DNA of 64,000 bases from an uncultured Planctomycetia bacterium (GTDB taxonomy: Bacteria > Omnitrophota > Gorgyraeia > 2-01-FULL-45-10). A program made the position numbers and the translations under genes. Of the stretch, positions 51,530 to 60,571 are shown in pieces. Every line of letters starts with the position of its first letter. Position 1 is the first letter of the stretch. The stretch lies in NCBI GenBank assembly GCA_964433975.1, contig CAYSSS010000001.1, positions 7,989-71,988 on the forward strand, read 5' to 3'. The notes under the pieces are model-generated. The model worked only from the letters and a program-made list of their open reading frames with translations. It had not been told where the DNA came from and searched no databases.

Positions 51530-53512
51530 ATGTGCGGTATAACGGGATTCTGGAAATTCGGTAATTTTTCCTCAAGCGCTGCCAAAGCTGTCGCGGCGCA
51601 GATGGCCGATCGCATTGCCCACCGCGGCCCGAATGATGCGGGCGTTTGGATGGATGAAGGCGCGGGTATTGTGCTTGCGCATCGCCGCCTGTCCATACTT
51701 GAACTTTCTCCGGCCGGTCATCAGCCGATGATGTCCGCGTCAGGGCGCTATGTGATCATTTTTAACGGTGAGATTTACAATCATCTGGAGATCAGGAAAC
51801 ACCTGATTAAAAATTGGCGCGGCCATTCGGATACAGAAACGCTTTTGGCGGGATTTGAGGCCTGGGGCATGGAAGAGACGCTTAAAAGAGCCGTAGGGAT
51901 GTTCGCGATTGCGCTTTGGGATTGCAAGGAAAAGACGCTTACGCTTGCACGGGACCGGATTGGTGAAAAGCCGCTTTATTATGGGTTTCAGAAAGATGTA
52001 TTTATTTTTGGCTCTGAACTGAAGGCGATTAGTGCGCATCCGGACTTTATAGGCGAAATTGACCGAGATGTTCTTTGTCTATATCTGAGGCATTGCTGTA
52101 TTCCTGCGCCATATTCTGTTTACAAGGGCATATTCAAACTTCTACCGGGCCATTATATCCGGTTTTCGGCTGCAAGGGGGCACGATGCAATACGTTTGGC
52201 GAAGCCGAAAGCTTACTGGAGCCTGGCTGAAGTAGCGGCACAGGGTATCGCTAAGCCATTCGACGGGGACGATGCGGATGCGATAGCCGCACTAGAGGGG
52301 CTATTAAAGCGCACCATAGGCCTGCATATGGTAGCGGATGTACCCTTAGGCGTTTTCTTGTCAGGCGGGGTAGATTCTTCGACGGTCGCTGCATTGATGC
52401 AGGCCCAATCTTCCCGGCCGGTCAAAACGTTTTCCGTAGGGTTTTCAGAAACGGGTTATAACGAAGCTGAATACGCAAAGGCCGTTGCGCAGCATCTCGG
52501 CACGGATCATACCGAACGCTATGTGTCGTCGGCGGAGGCCATGAAAGTCATTCCTAATCTGGGAAGTATGTATGACGAGCCGTTCGCAGACTCTTCGCAG
52601 ATACCTACTTTTCTGATCTCTCAGACGGCGCGCAGGGATGTCACGGTATCTTTGTCCGGTGATGCTGGCGATGAGCTATTTTGCGGATATAACCGCTACG
52701 CATTAGCAGACATGTGGGGCAAGGCTTCCAAGGTCCCTTTCGCTATCAGGAAGTCGGCCGGGCGTTTAATAAAGACCGTTGCGTCGTCAGCTTGGAACGA
52801 TATCTTTAGATATGCCGGCAAGTTTTTTGCGTTACCAGCCAATATGGGCGATAAACTGGAAAAACTTTCTGTGCGCCTGGAGCATGTTGACAGTATTGAG
52901 TCCCTTTACTATAGCCTAGTGTCTGAGATCGCCGATCCTGGCCGGGTAGTTATTGATGCCAAGGAACCAAGTACCTGGCTCACCGAAACAGGATTAAATC
53001 GGCAATTTGCGGATCCCAAGATCCAGATGATGTATATGGACAGCATGACTTATTTGCCGGATGACATATTGGTCAAGGTCGACCGTGCGGCCATGTTCAA
53101 CAGTCTTGAAACACGGATACCATTTCTTGATCACAGAATTATTGGACTGGTATGGTCTCTGCCGCTATCAATGAAAATGCGTAATGGTTGGACCAAATGG
53201 ATATTAAGGCAGATTTTATACAGATATGTACCTAGAGAACTAATAGAACGGCCCAAAATGGGTTTTGGCATTCCCGTGGGGGACTGGATACGCGGCCCAC
53301 TCAAGGACTGGGCAGAGGCATTGCTGGATGAGTCCCGTTTGCGGCAGGAAAGGTTCTTTGACGCGCAGTTTATACGCTTGCGGTGGCAGGAGCATCTTTC
53401 CGGCAAACGAAATTGGCAGCATTTTCTATGGTCCGTGCTGATGTTTCAGGAGTGGCTGGAAGAACAAAAACAAGCACGGGTATCAGGAGCGGTGCGGGAG
53501 ATTATTTGCTGA
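51530..53512 (+). CDS. Asparagine synthase (glutamine-hydrolysing) family amidotransferase, paralogue 2
   Basis: MCGITG (Cys2), AHRRLSILE, GHQPM, FNGEIYNH, and the PP-loop FLSGGVDSS. 660 aa. It is visibly more GC-rich than its neighbours. Confidence 0.85.
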   Translation: MCGITGFWKFGNFSSSAAKAVAAQMADRIAHRGPNDAGVWMDEGAGIVLAHRRLSILELSPAGHQPMMSASGRYVIIFNGEIYNHLEIRKHLIKNWRGHSDTETLLAGFEAWGMEETLKRAVGMFAIALWDCKEKTLTLARDRIGEKPLYYGFQKDVFIFGSELKAISAHPDFIGEIDRDVLCLYLRHCCIPAPYSVYKGIFKLLPGHYIRFSAARGHDAIRLAKPKAYWSLAEVAAQGIAKPFDGDDADAIAALEGLLKRTIGLHMVADVPLGVFLSGGVDSSTVAALMQAQSSRPVKTFSVGFSETGYNEAEYAKAVAQHLGTDHTERYVSSAEAMKVIPNLGSMYDEPFADSSQIPTFLISQTARRDVTVSLSGDAGDELFCGYNRYALADMWGKASKVPFAIRKSAGRLIKTVASSAWNDIFRYAGKFFALPANMGDKLEKLSVRLEHVDSIESLYYSLVSEIADPGRVVIDAKEPSTWLTETGLNRQFADPKIQMMYMDSMTYLPDDILVKVDRAAMFNSLETRIPFLDHRIIGLVWSLPLSMKMRNGWTKWILRQILYRYVPRELIERPKMGFGIPVGDWIRGPLKDWAEALLDESRLRQERFFDAQFIRLRWQEHLSGKRNWQHFLWSVLMFQEWLEEQKQARVSGAVREIIC

Positions 53513-54222
53513 TGAAAAAAATTTATTTAAAATCGCTATTGATTGTGGGTATATTCACACTAATCATATGTGGTCTGAATGTGCGCGTAACTACCAAGCA
53601 GGGGATCAATTATCAGGTGCATGAAATAAGACTGCCCTTGTACCTTAAAATGCTGGATTTTATAGATAGAAGCTATAATTACAGAAATTTAATAGCGAAT
53701 ATTCTCGGAGACACAAAAGATGACAACGCCAAAACAATAAAAATATTCAATTGGGTCGTAGACAATATACGCAAACAGCCCAGGGAGTTGCCTATCATTG
53801 ACGATCACCCGCTCAATATATTAATAAGGGGCTATGGTGTGCAGGACCAGTTCGAAGATATTTTTACAATATTATGTACCTATGCCGGGATGGAGGCATT
53901 TTTTAAAATGTTTAAGAACCATTCCGACAATGTTTATTTTATATCATTTGTGAAGATCAAAGGAAAGTGGTGTCCTTTCTCGGCATTTGGAGGCGTGTAT
54001 TCAATAAAAAACGGCGCCGTCGCTTCAGTAGATGATATCTTACTCGACAAAAAACTTTTGATCCCATTTTCATCGAATTTATCCGATTTCGAAACGGACA
54101 TTTTTTTAAAAGAGATAAATAGCATGGATTTTAAGTCAGATTCCGTCAGGGTCAAGGGTCAAAGCCCCGCGGGCAGAGCATTGCGTTTTATCAAAGACAT
54201 GTTTCACCGTAAGTCCAGATGA
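53512..54222 (+). CDS. Signal-anchored hypothetical protein, possibly a transglutaminase-like fold lacking the catalytic Cys
   Basis: 236 aa. N-terminal TM helix (LKSLLIVGIFTLIICGL). IKIFNWVVDNIRKQP...LIRGYGVQDQFEDIFTILCTYAGMEAFF resembles the TGase-like core layout, but with Q/D where the Cys normally sits. The ATG shares one base with the upstream TGA. Confidence 0.3.
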   Translation: MKKIYLKSLLIVGIFTLIICGLNVRVTTKQGINYQVHEIRLPLYLKMLDFIDRSYNYRNLIANILGDTKDDNAKTIKIFNWVVDNIRKQPRELPIIDDHPLNILIRGYGVQDQFEDIFTILCTYAGMEAFFKMFKNHSDNVYFISFVKIKGKWCPFSAFGGVYSIKNGAVASVDDILLDKKLLIPFSSNLSDFETDIFLKEINSMDFKSDSVRVKGQSPAGRALRFIKDMFHRKSR

Positions 54223-54246
54223 TGTTTTATAAAAAAGGAGCGGAAA

Positions 54247-55830
54247 GTGAAACCTAGCATAAACCCGCATAATAAATCCATAGGGGTTATAGGCCTGGGA
54301 TATTGGGGAAAAAATATATTCCGCAATCTTTACGAGATGGGTATGATAAGGACCGCATGCGATCTGGATCCCGCGGTGATAAAAGAGTATAGAAAGAGAT
54401 TTCGCGATATTCGTTACACTTTATCCATAGAGGAGATACTATCAGATCCGGCGGTTAAGGCGGTTTCTCTCGCAACGCCCGCTGTCACTCATTATGAGAT
54501 GGCTAAGAAGTTCTTGCTTGCGGGCAAAGATGTTTTTGTCGAAAAACCTCTTGCGATGACGAGCGGTGAAGGAAAGGAACTTATGGAACTTGCCGCGAAG
54601 CGAAAAAGGATCCTAATGGTCGGGCATATATTACAATATCATCCAGCTATCATAAAACTGAAGGAGATGATAAAATCTGGCAAATTAGGCAAAATACAAT
54701 ATATCTATTCCAACAGGCTGAATATCGGTAGATTAAGGACTGAGGAAAATATTCTCTGGAGTTTTGCGCCTCATGATATTTCCGCCATCCTTATGTTCCT
54801 GGGTGAAGAGCCGGTAAAGGTATCGGCTTTCGGCAACGATTCGTTAGGCAACGGAGTATATGATACCACGGTTACCAGCCTGGAATTTAAGACCGGCATA
54901 AAGGGCCACATATTTGTAAGCTGGCTTCATCCCTATAAAGACCAGAAACTTATTATTGTGGGGTCAAAGGCAATGGCGGTATTTGACGATATCAGTAAAG
55001 AGAAGTTATTTTTTTATCCTCATAAGGTTGAATGGAAAAAAGGTTTTAAGCCGTCTGCGTTAAAGGCCGAGTATGAAGTGATCCCAGTGGCAACAGGTGA
55101 GCCCTTGCATCTCGAGCTCGAACACTTCGTAGAATGCGTTCAAAAAAGGAGTAAGCCAAAAACAGATGCATCAGAGGGGGTGAAGGTATTGAAGATCATA
55201 GAATCTGCGGAAAAGGACCTTGCGGGATCCTCCGCAAGGGTTGCCATATCCTCTGTAACAAAGGGCGCCCAGATTCACGAAAGTTGTTATGTAGATGAAA
55301 GCGTTGTTATAGGTGAAGGCACGAAAATTTGGCATTTCTCTCATGTATTAAAGAACTCAAAGATAGGCAAAGATTGTATTGTGGGCCAAAATGTATCAAT
55401 AGGGCCGAATGCCGTGGTAGGAAACAGGTGCAAGATCCAAAATAATGTCTCTATCTATAAAGGGGTGGTTCTTGAAGATGAGGTTTTCTGCGGCCCGTCA
55501 TGCGTATTTACCAATGTTTATAACCCCCGCGCTTCTATAGAACGCAAGGATGAATTCCGGCCTACTATAGTGAAAAAAGGCGCTACAATAGGCGCAAATG
55601 CAACAATTGTCTGCGGCGCGGTGATAGGCACTTATGCATTTGTCGGTGCCGGGGCTGTTGTTAAGGGGGATATCCCGGCGTACGCCCTTGTAGCAGGCGT
55701 ACCCGCAAGGCAGATAGGATGGGTTTGCAGATGCGGTGTAAGCTTAAAGAATGTAAAAAATAAGAAAACCGCTTGTGCCTCATGCGGCAAAGAATATAAA
55801 ATTAACAATAATTCTCTCGAGGCCATTTAG
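54247..55830 (+). CDS. Fusion of a Gfo/Idh/MocA oxidoreductase (WbpB/WlbA-like) and a left-handed beta-helix N-acetyltransferase (WbpD/WlbB-like), with a C-terminal CxC...CxxC tail
   Basis: N-terminus: [25 protein letters not shown], and GHILQYHP. C-terminus: hexapeptide repeats ([42 protein letters not shown]). Tail: CRCGVSL...[11 protein letters not shown] start with an AGGAG RBS 7 nt upstream. Confidence 0.75.
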   Translation: MKPSINPHNKSIGVIGLGYWGKNIFRNLYEMGMIRTACDLDPAVIKEYRKRFRDIRYTLSIEEILSDPAVKAVSLATPAVTHYEMAKKFLLAGKDVFVEKPLAMTSGEGKELMELAAKRKRILMVGHILQYHPAIIKLKEMIKSGKLGKIQYIYSNRLNIGRLRTEENILWSFAPHDISAILMFLGEEPVKVSAFGNDSLGNGVYDTTVTSLEFKTGIKGHIFVSWLHPYKDQKLIIVGSKAMAVFDDISKEKLFFYPHKVEWKKGFKPSALKAEYEVIPVATGEPLHLELEHFVECVQKRSKPKTDASEGVKVLKIIESAEKDLAGSSARVAISSVTKGAQIHESCYVDESVVIGEGTKIWHFSHVLKNSKIGKDCIVGQNVSIGPNAVVGNRCKIQNNVSIYKGVVLEDEVFCGPSCVFTNVYNPRASIERKDEFRPTIVKKGATIGANATIVCGAVIGTYAFVGAGAVVKGDIPAYALVAGVPARQIGWVCRCGVSLKNVKNKKTACASCGKEYKINNNSLEAI

Positions 55831-55850
55831 GATCGAATATCAGGACGATC

Positions 55851-56693
55851 ATGAAGTTTCAAAAATATCCGAATCGAATTGTCATTGAATTGACGCCAGA
55901 ATGCAATCTGAGTTGCCAGGTTTGCCCGCGTAAATATATGGCGCAAAAGAAAGGGCATATTTTAAAGGATCTATGGGTCAAACTTATTAATGAAGTGGCC
56001 GAGTGTTCGCCGGGAGCGGTAATAATTCCTTTCTGGAGAGGGGAATCCCTTACTCACCCCGGCTTTTGCGATTTAATGGAACTTGCGCTTAAGAATTCAC
56101 TGCGCATTCATATTTCCACGAACGGGATATTGGCAGATGGCAAATATTTTCGGTTGTTGGCTAGGTGCGAATTTGTTACTTTCAGCATTCATACGATCGC
56201 GGGTTATCATAATGCGAGGAGTTTCCTGAAATTTAGAAACGCGAAACAGCCGGTCACCCAAATTTCGTTTGTAGAGGGCGAGGAGTCCGTGGGGGATATC
56301 TGTTCATCTGTGGTTAACTCGCCTGACCTAGAAGGATTTGATAACGTAAGGATATATGCGCAGCATAGTAAGGATGGTGTTTTCGGAAGTTCAGGTAAGA
56401 ATGCAGGCGCAAAGAGAGTTTTTTGCCCAAAGTTGCAGGGTACCCTGGTGATCGCTTATGATGGGACGGTTTCCAGATGTAATCATATGTGGGAAACAGA
56501 GAAAGAAGTAAATGTTAAGGATATGAGCATACGCAACGCCTGGGATTCGGATTGCCTTAAGCGGATACGACAAGATTATCCCGACTCCAAATGCGGGCCT
56601 TGTGGACAATGGGCCGGGCATACGTGCGGCGACTCATGGAAAAACGAAAACGGGAAGATAGTGCATAACCATTTCCGCGCGGGAAATCAATAA
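55851..56693 (+). CDS. Radical SAM enzyme with SPASM-like C-terminal Cys cluster
   Basis: PECNLSCQVC (CxxxCxxC). C-terminal Cys cluster: CPKL...GTVSRCNH...CLKRI...SKCGPCGQWAGHTC. 280 aa. Confidence 0.75.
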   Translation: MKFQKYPNRIVIELTPECNLSCQVCPRKYMAQKKGHILKDLWVKLINEVAECSPGAVIIPFWRGESLTHPGFCDLMELALKNSLRIHISTNGILADGKYFRLLARCEFVTFSIHTIAGYHNARSFLKFRNAKQPVTQISFVEGEESVGDICSSVVNSPDLEGFDNVRIYAQHSKDGVFGSSGKNAGAKRVFCPKLQGTLVIAYDGTVSRCNHMWETEKEVNVKDMSIRNAWDSDCLKRIRQDYPDSKCGPCGQWAGHTCGDSWKNENGKIVHNHFRAGNQ

Positions 56694-56694
56694 C

Positions 56695-57843
56695 ATGAAT
56701 AAAAAACGGAATATTTCAATTGCTGTGCCATACATAGGCGAGAGGGAAATAGAGGCGATAAAAAAGCCTTTATTAAGCGGTTGGTTAACGCAGGGCCCTT
56801 ACGTTTCGGATTTTGAAAAAAAATTCGCAAAAATGCATGGTGTCCGGCACGCGGTTGCCGCCAGCAGCTGTACCACCGCGCTCCATTTAGCGCTTGTCGC
56901 TTTAGGAATTGGGCCGGGGGACGAAGTCATCGTACCGTCCTTTACCTGGGTTGCCACTGCAAACGCCGTAGAATACATAGGCGCTCATCCCATTTTTTGC
57001 GATGTAGACCGGGATACTTATAATATCTCCGCTAAAGGTATAGAGGCGGTTGTAAATAAGCGCACCAGGGCTATCATACCGGTGCATCTGTTCGGGCTTT
57101 GTGCAGATATGAACAGGATAATGGCTATATGCAAACGGTATGGGTTGAGTATCATTGAGGATGCGGCATGCGCTGTCGGCGCATCCATTAATGGAAAAAA
57201 AGCGGGTTCTTTCGGTGACATCGGATGTTTTTCTTTCCATCCCCGTAAAATTATAACTACGGGGGAAGGCGGCATGTGCACGACAAATAATAAAAAACTC
57301 GCGCAGACCCTGATCTCGTTACGTAATCACGGAGCCTCTGTCCCGGAGGGAGTACGTCATTCGGGGTATAAGCCGTATATGATGCCCGATTTTAAAATAT
57401 TGGGATACAACTACAGGATGACAGATCTGCAAGGAGCCATAGGGCTGGCCCAGCTGTCGCGGCTTGCTTCTCTTATACTGGAGCGGCAAAAATGGGCCGA
57501 GTGGTATAGAAAAGAATTAAAGGATTTGGAATGGCTTATAACGCCTCGTGCGCCTAAGGGATTCCAGCACAGCTATCAGTCGTTTGTCTGCTATGTTGAT
57601 GAGGATAAAGCGCCTATGCCGCGCAACGAGATCATGAAAAGATTGTATTTGGAAGGCGTAGACACCCGTGTTGGGACCATAGCGGTCCATATGCAGGATT
57701 ACTATACCCGTAAATATGGTATTGATCCGGATTCGTTTCCGGTTTCGAAGGATTGCGATTTTAAATCACTGGCGATCCCTCTTCATAACAGGATGTCACC
57801 GGATGACTATGAATATGTTGTTAACATCTTGAAAGGTATTTAA
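56695..57843 (+). CDS. DegT-family PLP aminotransferase (WbpE/WlbC-like)
   Basis: ISIAVPYIGEREIEAI, SSCTTALHLAL, EDAACAVGA, and FSFHPRKIITTGEGGM (catalytic Lys). Confidence 0.85.
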   Translation: MNKKRNISIAVPYIGEREIEAIKKPLLSGWLTQGPYVSDFEKKFAKMHGVRHAVAASSCTTALHLALVALGIGPGDEVIVPSFTWVATANAVEYIGAHPIFCDVDRDTYNISAKGIEAVVNKRTRAIIPVHLFGLCADMNRIMAICKRYGLSIIEDAACAVGASINGKKAGSFGDIGCFSFHPRKIITTGEGGMCTTNNKKLAQTLISLRNHGASVPEGVRHSGYKPYMMPDFKILGYNYRMTDLQGAIGLAQLSRLASLILERQKWAEWYRKELKDLEWLITPRAPKGFQHSYQSFVCYVDEDKAPMPRNEIMKRLYLEGVDTRVGTIAVHMQDYYTRKYGIDPDSFPVSKDCDFKSLAIPLHNRMSPDDYEYVVNILKGI

Positions 57844-57846
57844 TAT

Positions 57847-59724
57847 ATGTGCGGAATAGCGGGAATATTTAACCTTAACGGCAGCCCCGTCTCCCCGGTT
57901 TTATTAAGGAAGATGACAGACGCGATAGCCCATCGCGGCCCCGATGGAGAAGGATTTTATGTCGATAGTTTTATCGGATTGGGGCACCGCCGTTTAGCCA
58001 TAATAGATCTTTCTCCCGCAGGGCACCAGCCTATGATCACCGAAGATAAACAATACGCGCTTACGTATAACGGCGAGATATATAATTTTCAGGAATTGAA
58101 GGCGGAATTAGAGAGGTTGGGCTATAGATTCAGGTCAAAAACAGATTCGGAGGTAGTTCTCTATTCCTATGTTCAATGGGGAGAGAAATGTCTGGATCGT
58201 TTTAACGGCATGTTCGCTTTTGCTGTTTGGGACAAATCAAAACAGCAGCTTTTTATCGCCCGGGATCGTTATGGGATAAAACCTTTATACTATTGCGTTC
58301 AGGATAAAAAGTTGATGTTCGCCTCCGAATCCAAGGCGTTTTTGACACAGCCTGACTTTAAACGTGAACTGGATTTTGAGGCATTGTACGAATATTTTAC
58401 GTTTCAGAATATATTTACCGATAAAACTTTTTTTAAGGACGTTCGGCTGCTTCCCGCCGGCTCTTATCTAAAAGTACGTTTAAACGGCCTTAGCGCTCTC
58501 CCAAAGTCGATTCAGTACTGGGATTTTAATTTTTCTGATCCGGCGAAACCTCTTAGTGAAAAGGAATATCTCTCTGAAATCGACCGTCTTTTCCGCCAGG
58601 CGGTAAATCGCCAATTAATAAGCGATGTGGAAATAGGCGCATATTTAAGCGGCGGCATGGATTCGGGCTCTATTACCGCTATAGCCGCAAAACAGCTGCC
58701 GTATATAAAAACATTTACCTGCGGGTTTGATTTGAGTTCGGCCTCAGGATTGGAGATGGGGTTTGATGAAAGAGAAAAGGCCGAATACATGTCCAACCTT
58801 TTTAAAACAGAGCATTACGAGATGGTATTGAAGGCAGGGGACATGGAAAGGGCGCAGCCGGGACTTGCCTGGCACCTGGAAGAACCGCGGGTTGGCCAAA
58901 GCTACCCCAACTATTATATCGCGCGCCTTGCTTCAAAATTCGTAAAAGTAGTTCTATCGGGGGCCGGTGGAGATGAGTTATTTGGTGGTTATCCATGGAG
59001 ATATTACCGGGCAACGATCAATAATGATTTTGAAGATTATATAGATAAGTACTATCTATTCTGGCAAAGACTTATACCGAATAGCTCATTAAAAGAAATA
59101 TTCAGTCCTGTTGCAGATAAAGTAAACGGTGTCTGGACCAGGGATATTTTTAAGGATGTTTTTAAGAAAAAAAACATATCGTTAACGCGCCCCGAGGATT
59201 ACATAAATTATTCATTGTATTTTGAAGCAAAGACATTTCTTCACGGTTTATTGGTAGTCGAAGATAAGCTAAGCATGGCGAATGGCCTTGAGGTAAGGAT
59301 GCCGTTTCTGGACAACGACCTTGTGGATTTTGCAATGAAAATACCGGTTCATATGAAATTAGATAATCTCGGAGAAATTATAAAATTAAATGAAAACGAC
59401 ATCGGCCCTAAGAAAGAAAAATATTTCCAAAAAACAAAAGACGGAAAGACGATCTTGCGTAAAGCGATGAAAAAATATATACCGTCGCAAATAACAGGGG
59501 CCATTAAACAGGGTTTCTCTGCGCCAGATGCGTCATGGTTTAGGGGGGAGAGCATGGAGTATGTTAAGAAGGTGATATTTAATGATCGCGCCAGGATTTA
59601 TGATTTTTTTGATCATAAAGTTGTTCAACGGCTGGTCGAAGAGCACTTAACCGGCAGGCAGAATAGAAGATTATTTATCTGGTCCCTGTTAAGTTTTGAA
59701 CACATGTGCGAAAAGTATATGTAG
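57847..59724 (+). CDS. Asparagine synthase (glutamine-hydrolysing) family amidotransferase, paralogue 3
   Basis: MCGIAG (Cys2), GHRRLAIID, GHQPM, YNGEIYNF, and the PP-loop YLSGGMDSG. 625 aa. Confidence 0.85.
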   Translation: MCGIAGIFNLNGSPVSPVLLRKMTDAIAHRGPDGEGFYVDSFIGLGHRRLAIIDLSPAGHQPMITEDKQYALTYNGEIYNFQELKAELERLGYRFRSKTDSEVVLYSYVQWGEKCLDRFNGMFAFAVWDKSKQQLFIARDRYGIKPLYYCVQDKKLMFASESKAFLTQPDFKRELDFEALYEYFTFQNIFTDKTFFKDVRLLPAGSYLKVRLNGLSALPKSIQYWDFNFSDPAKPLSEKEYLSEIDRLFRQAVNRQLISDVEIGAYLSGGMDSGSITAIAAKQLPYIKTFTCGFDLSSASGLEMGFDEREKAEYMSNLFKTEHYEMVLKAGDMERAQPGLAWHLEEPRVGQSYPNYYIARLASKFVKVVLSGAGGDELFGGYPWRYYRATINNDFEDYIDKYYLFWQRLIPNSSLKEIFSPVADKVNGVWTRDIFKDVFKKKNISLTRPEDYINYSLYFEAKTFLHGLLVVEDKLSMANGLEVRMPFLDNDLVDFAMKIPVHMKLDNLGEIIKLNENDIGPKKEKYFQKTKDGKTILRKAMKKYIPSQITGAIKQGFSAPDASWFRGESMEYVKKVIFNDRARIYDFFDHKVVQRLVEEHLTGRQNRRLFIWSLLSFEHMCEKYM

Positions 59725-59761
59725 AAAAAATATTTTTAATCGAAAATTAAGAAGGCGAAAA

Positions 59762-60547
59762 ATGGATCTTAAAGAAGTAAGGAAGCATTGGGAAAGGGCA
59801 AGCAAAAGATTTTCTCTTAAAGAGGACACGACCCCAACATCACGGGACCCTTATTTGGGGCAACTCGAGGAAGAAGGCATACTAAGATACCTTGATAAAA
59901 ATAAAACTGTTCTGGAGATAGGCTGCGGAGACGCCTCCCATACGGTCAGGTACGCCAAAAAAGTAAAACGGCTTTCAGCCATTGATATTACAAAAAGTTT
60001 GATCGATATTGCGGAGAAAAAAGCGACCGCCGGCGAAATTAAGAACGCAGATTTTATCATCGGTTCCGCTTTAAGTATAAAAGAAATATATAAAGGCACG
60101 CGGTTTAACTGCGTTGTGTCGCAGAGATGCTTGATAAATCTTTCCAGTTGGAAGCATCAAAAAGATTGCATTTTACAGATTCATGGTCTTTTGCATAGAA
60201 GGGGGTTATGCTTACTTACAGAGGGTTTTCAGGACGAGCTAAACAACCTCAATGTATTTAGAAGAAGGATGGGGTTGTCTAAAATAAGGGTTGTCCCCTA
60301 TAACAAAAACTTACGGCACAAAAATTTTGATAAATTCATAAAAACGTATTTCGACATTGTCGATATCCATCACTACGGCCTATACTTATTTCTATCTCGT
60401 GTTTTATATCCTTTCGCGATTATGCCTCTTGAGCCGAAGCATACTTCGCGGTTTAATGAAGCGGCATTGAAGGCCTCGCAAGTTATGGATGCGTCGGATT
60501 TCAAAAAATATAGCTACAATTTATTATATGTGTTGCGAAAAAAATGA
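59762..60547 (+). CDS. Class I SAM-dependent methyltransferase
   Basis: Motif I VLEIGCGDASHT, post-I AIDIT, and SQRCLINL. ATG 59762 has an AAGAAGG RBS upstream. The ORF is open from 59696, but that stretch overlaps the asnB tail. Confidence 0.7.
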   Translation: MDLKEVRKHWERASKRFSLKEDTTPTSRDPYLGQLEEEGILRYLDKNKTVLEIGCGDASHTVRYAKKVKRLSAIDITKSLIDIAEKKATAGEIKNADFIIGSALSIKEIYKGTRFNCVVSQRCLINLSSWKHQKDCILQIHGLLHRRGLCLLTEGFQDELNNLNVFRRRMGLSKIRVVPYNKNLRHKNFDKFIKTYFDIVDIHHYGLYLFLSRVLYPFAIMPLEPKHTSRFNEAALKASQVMDASDFKKYSYNLLYVLRKK

Positions 60548-60571
60548 TCTTAAAATAGAAAGAAACGTAGA

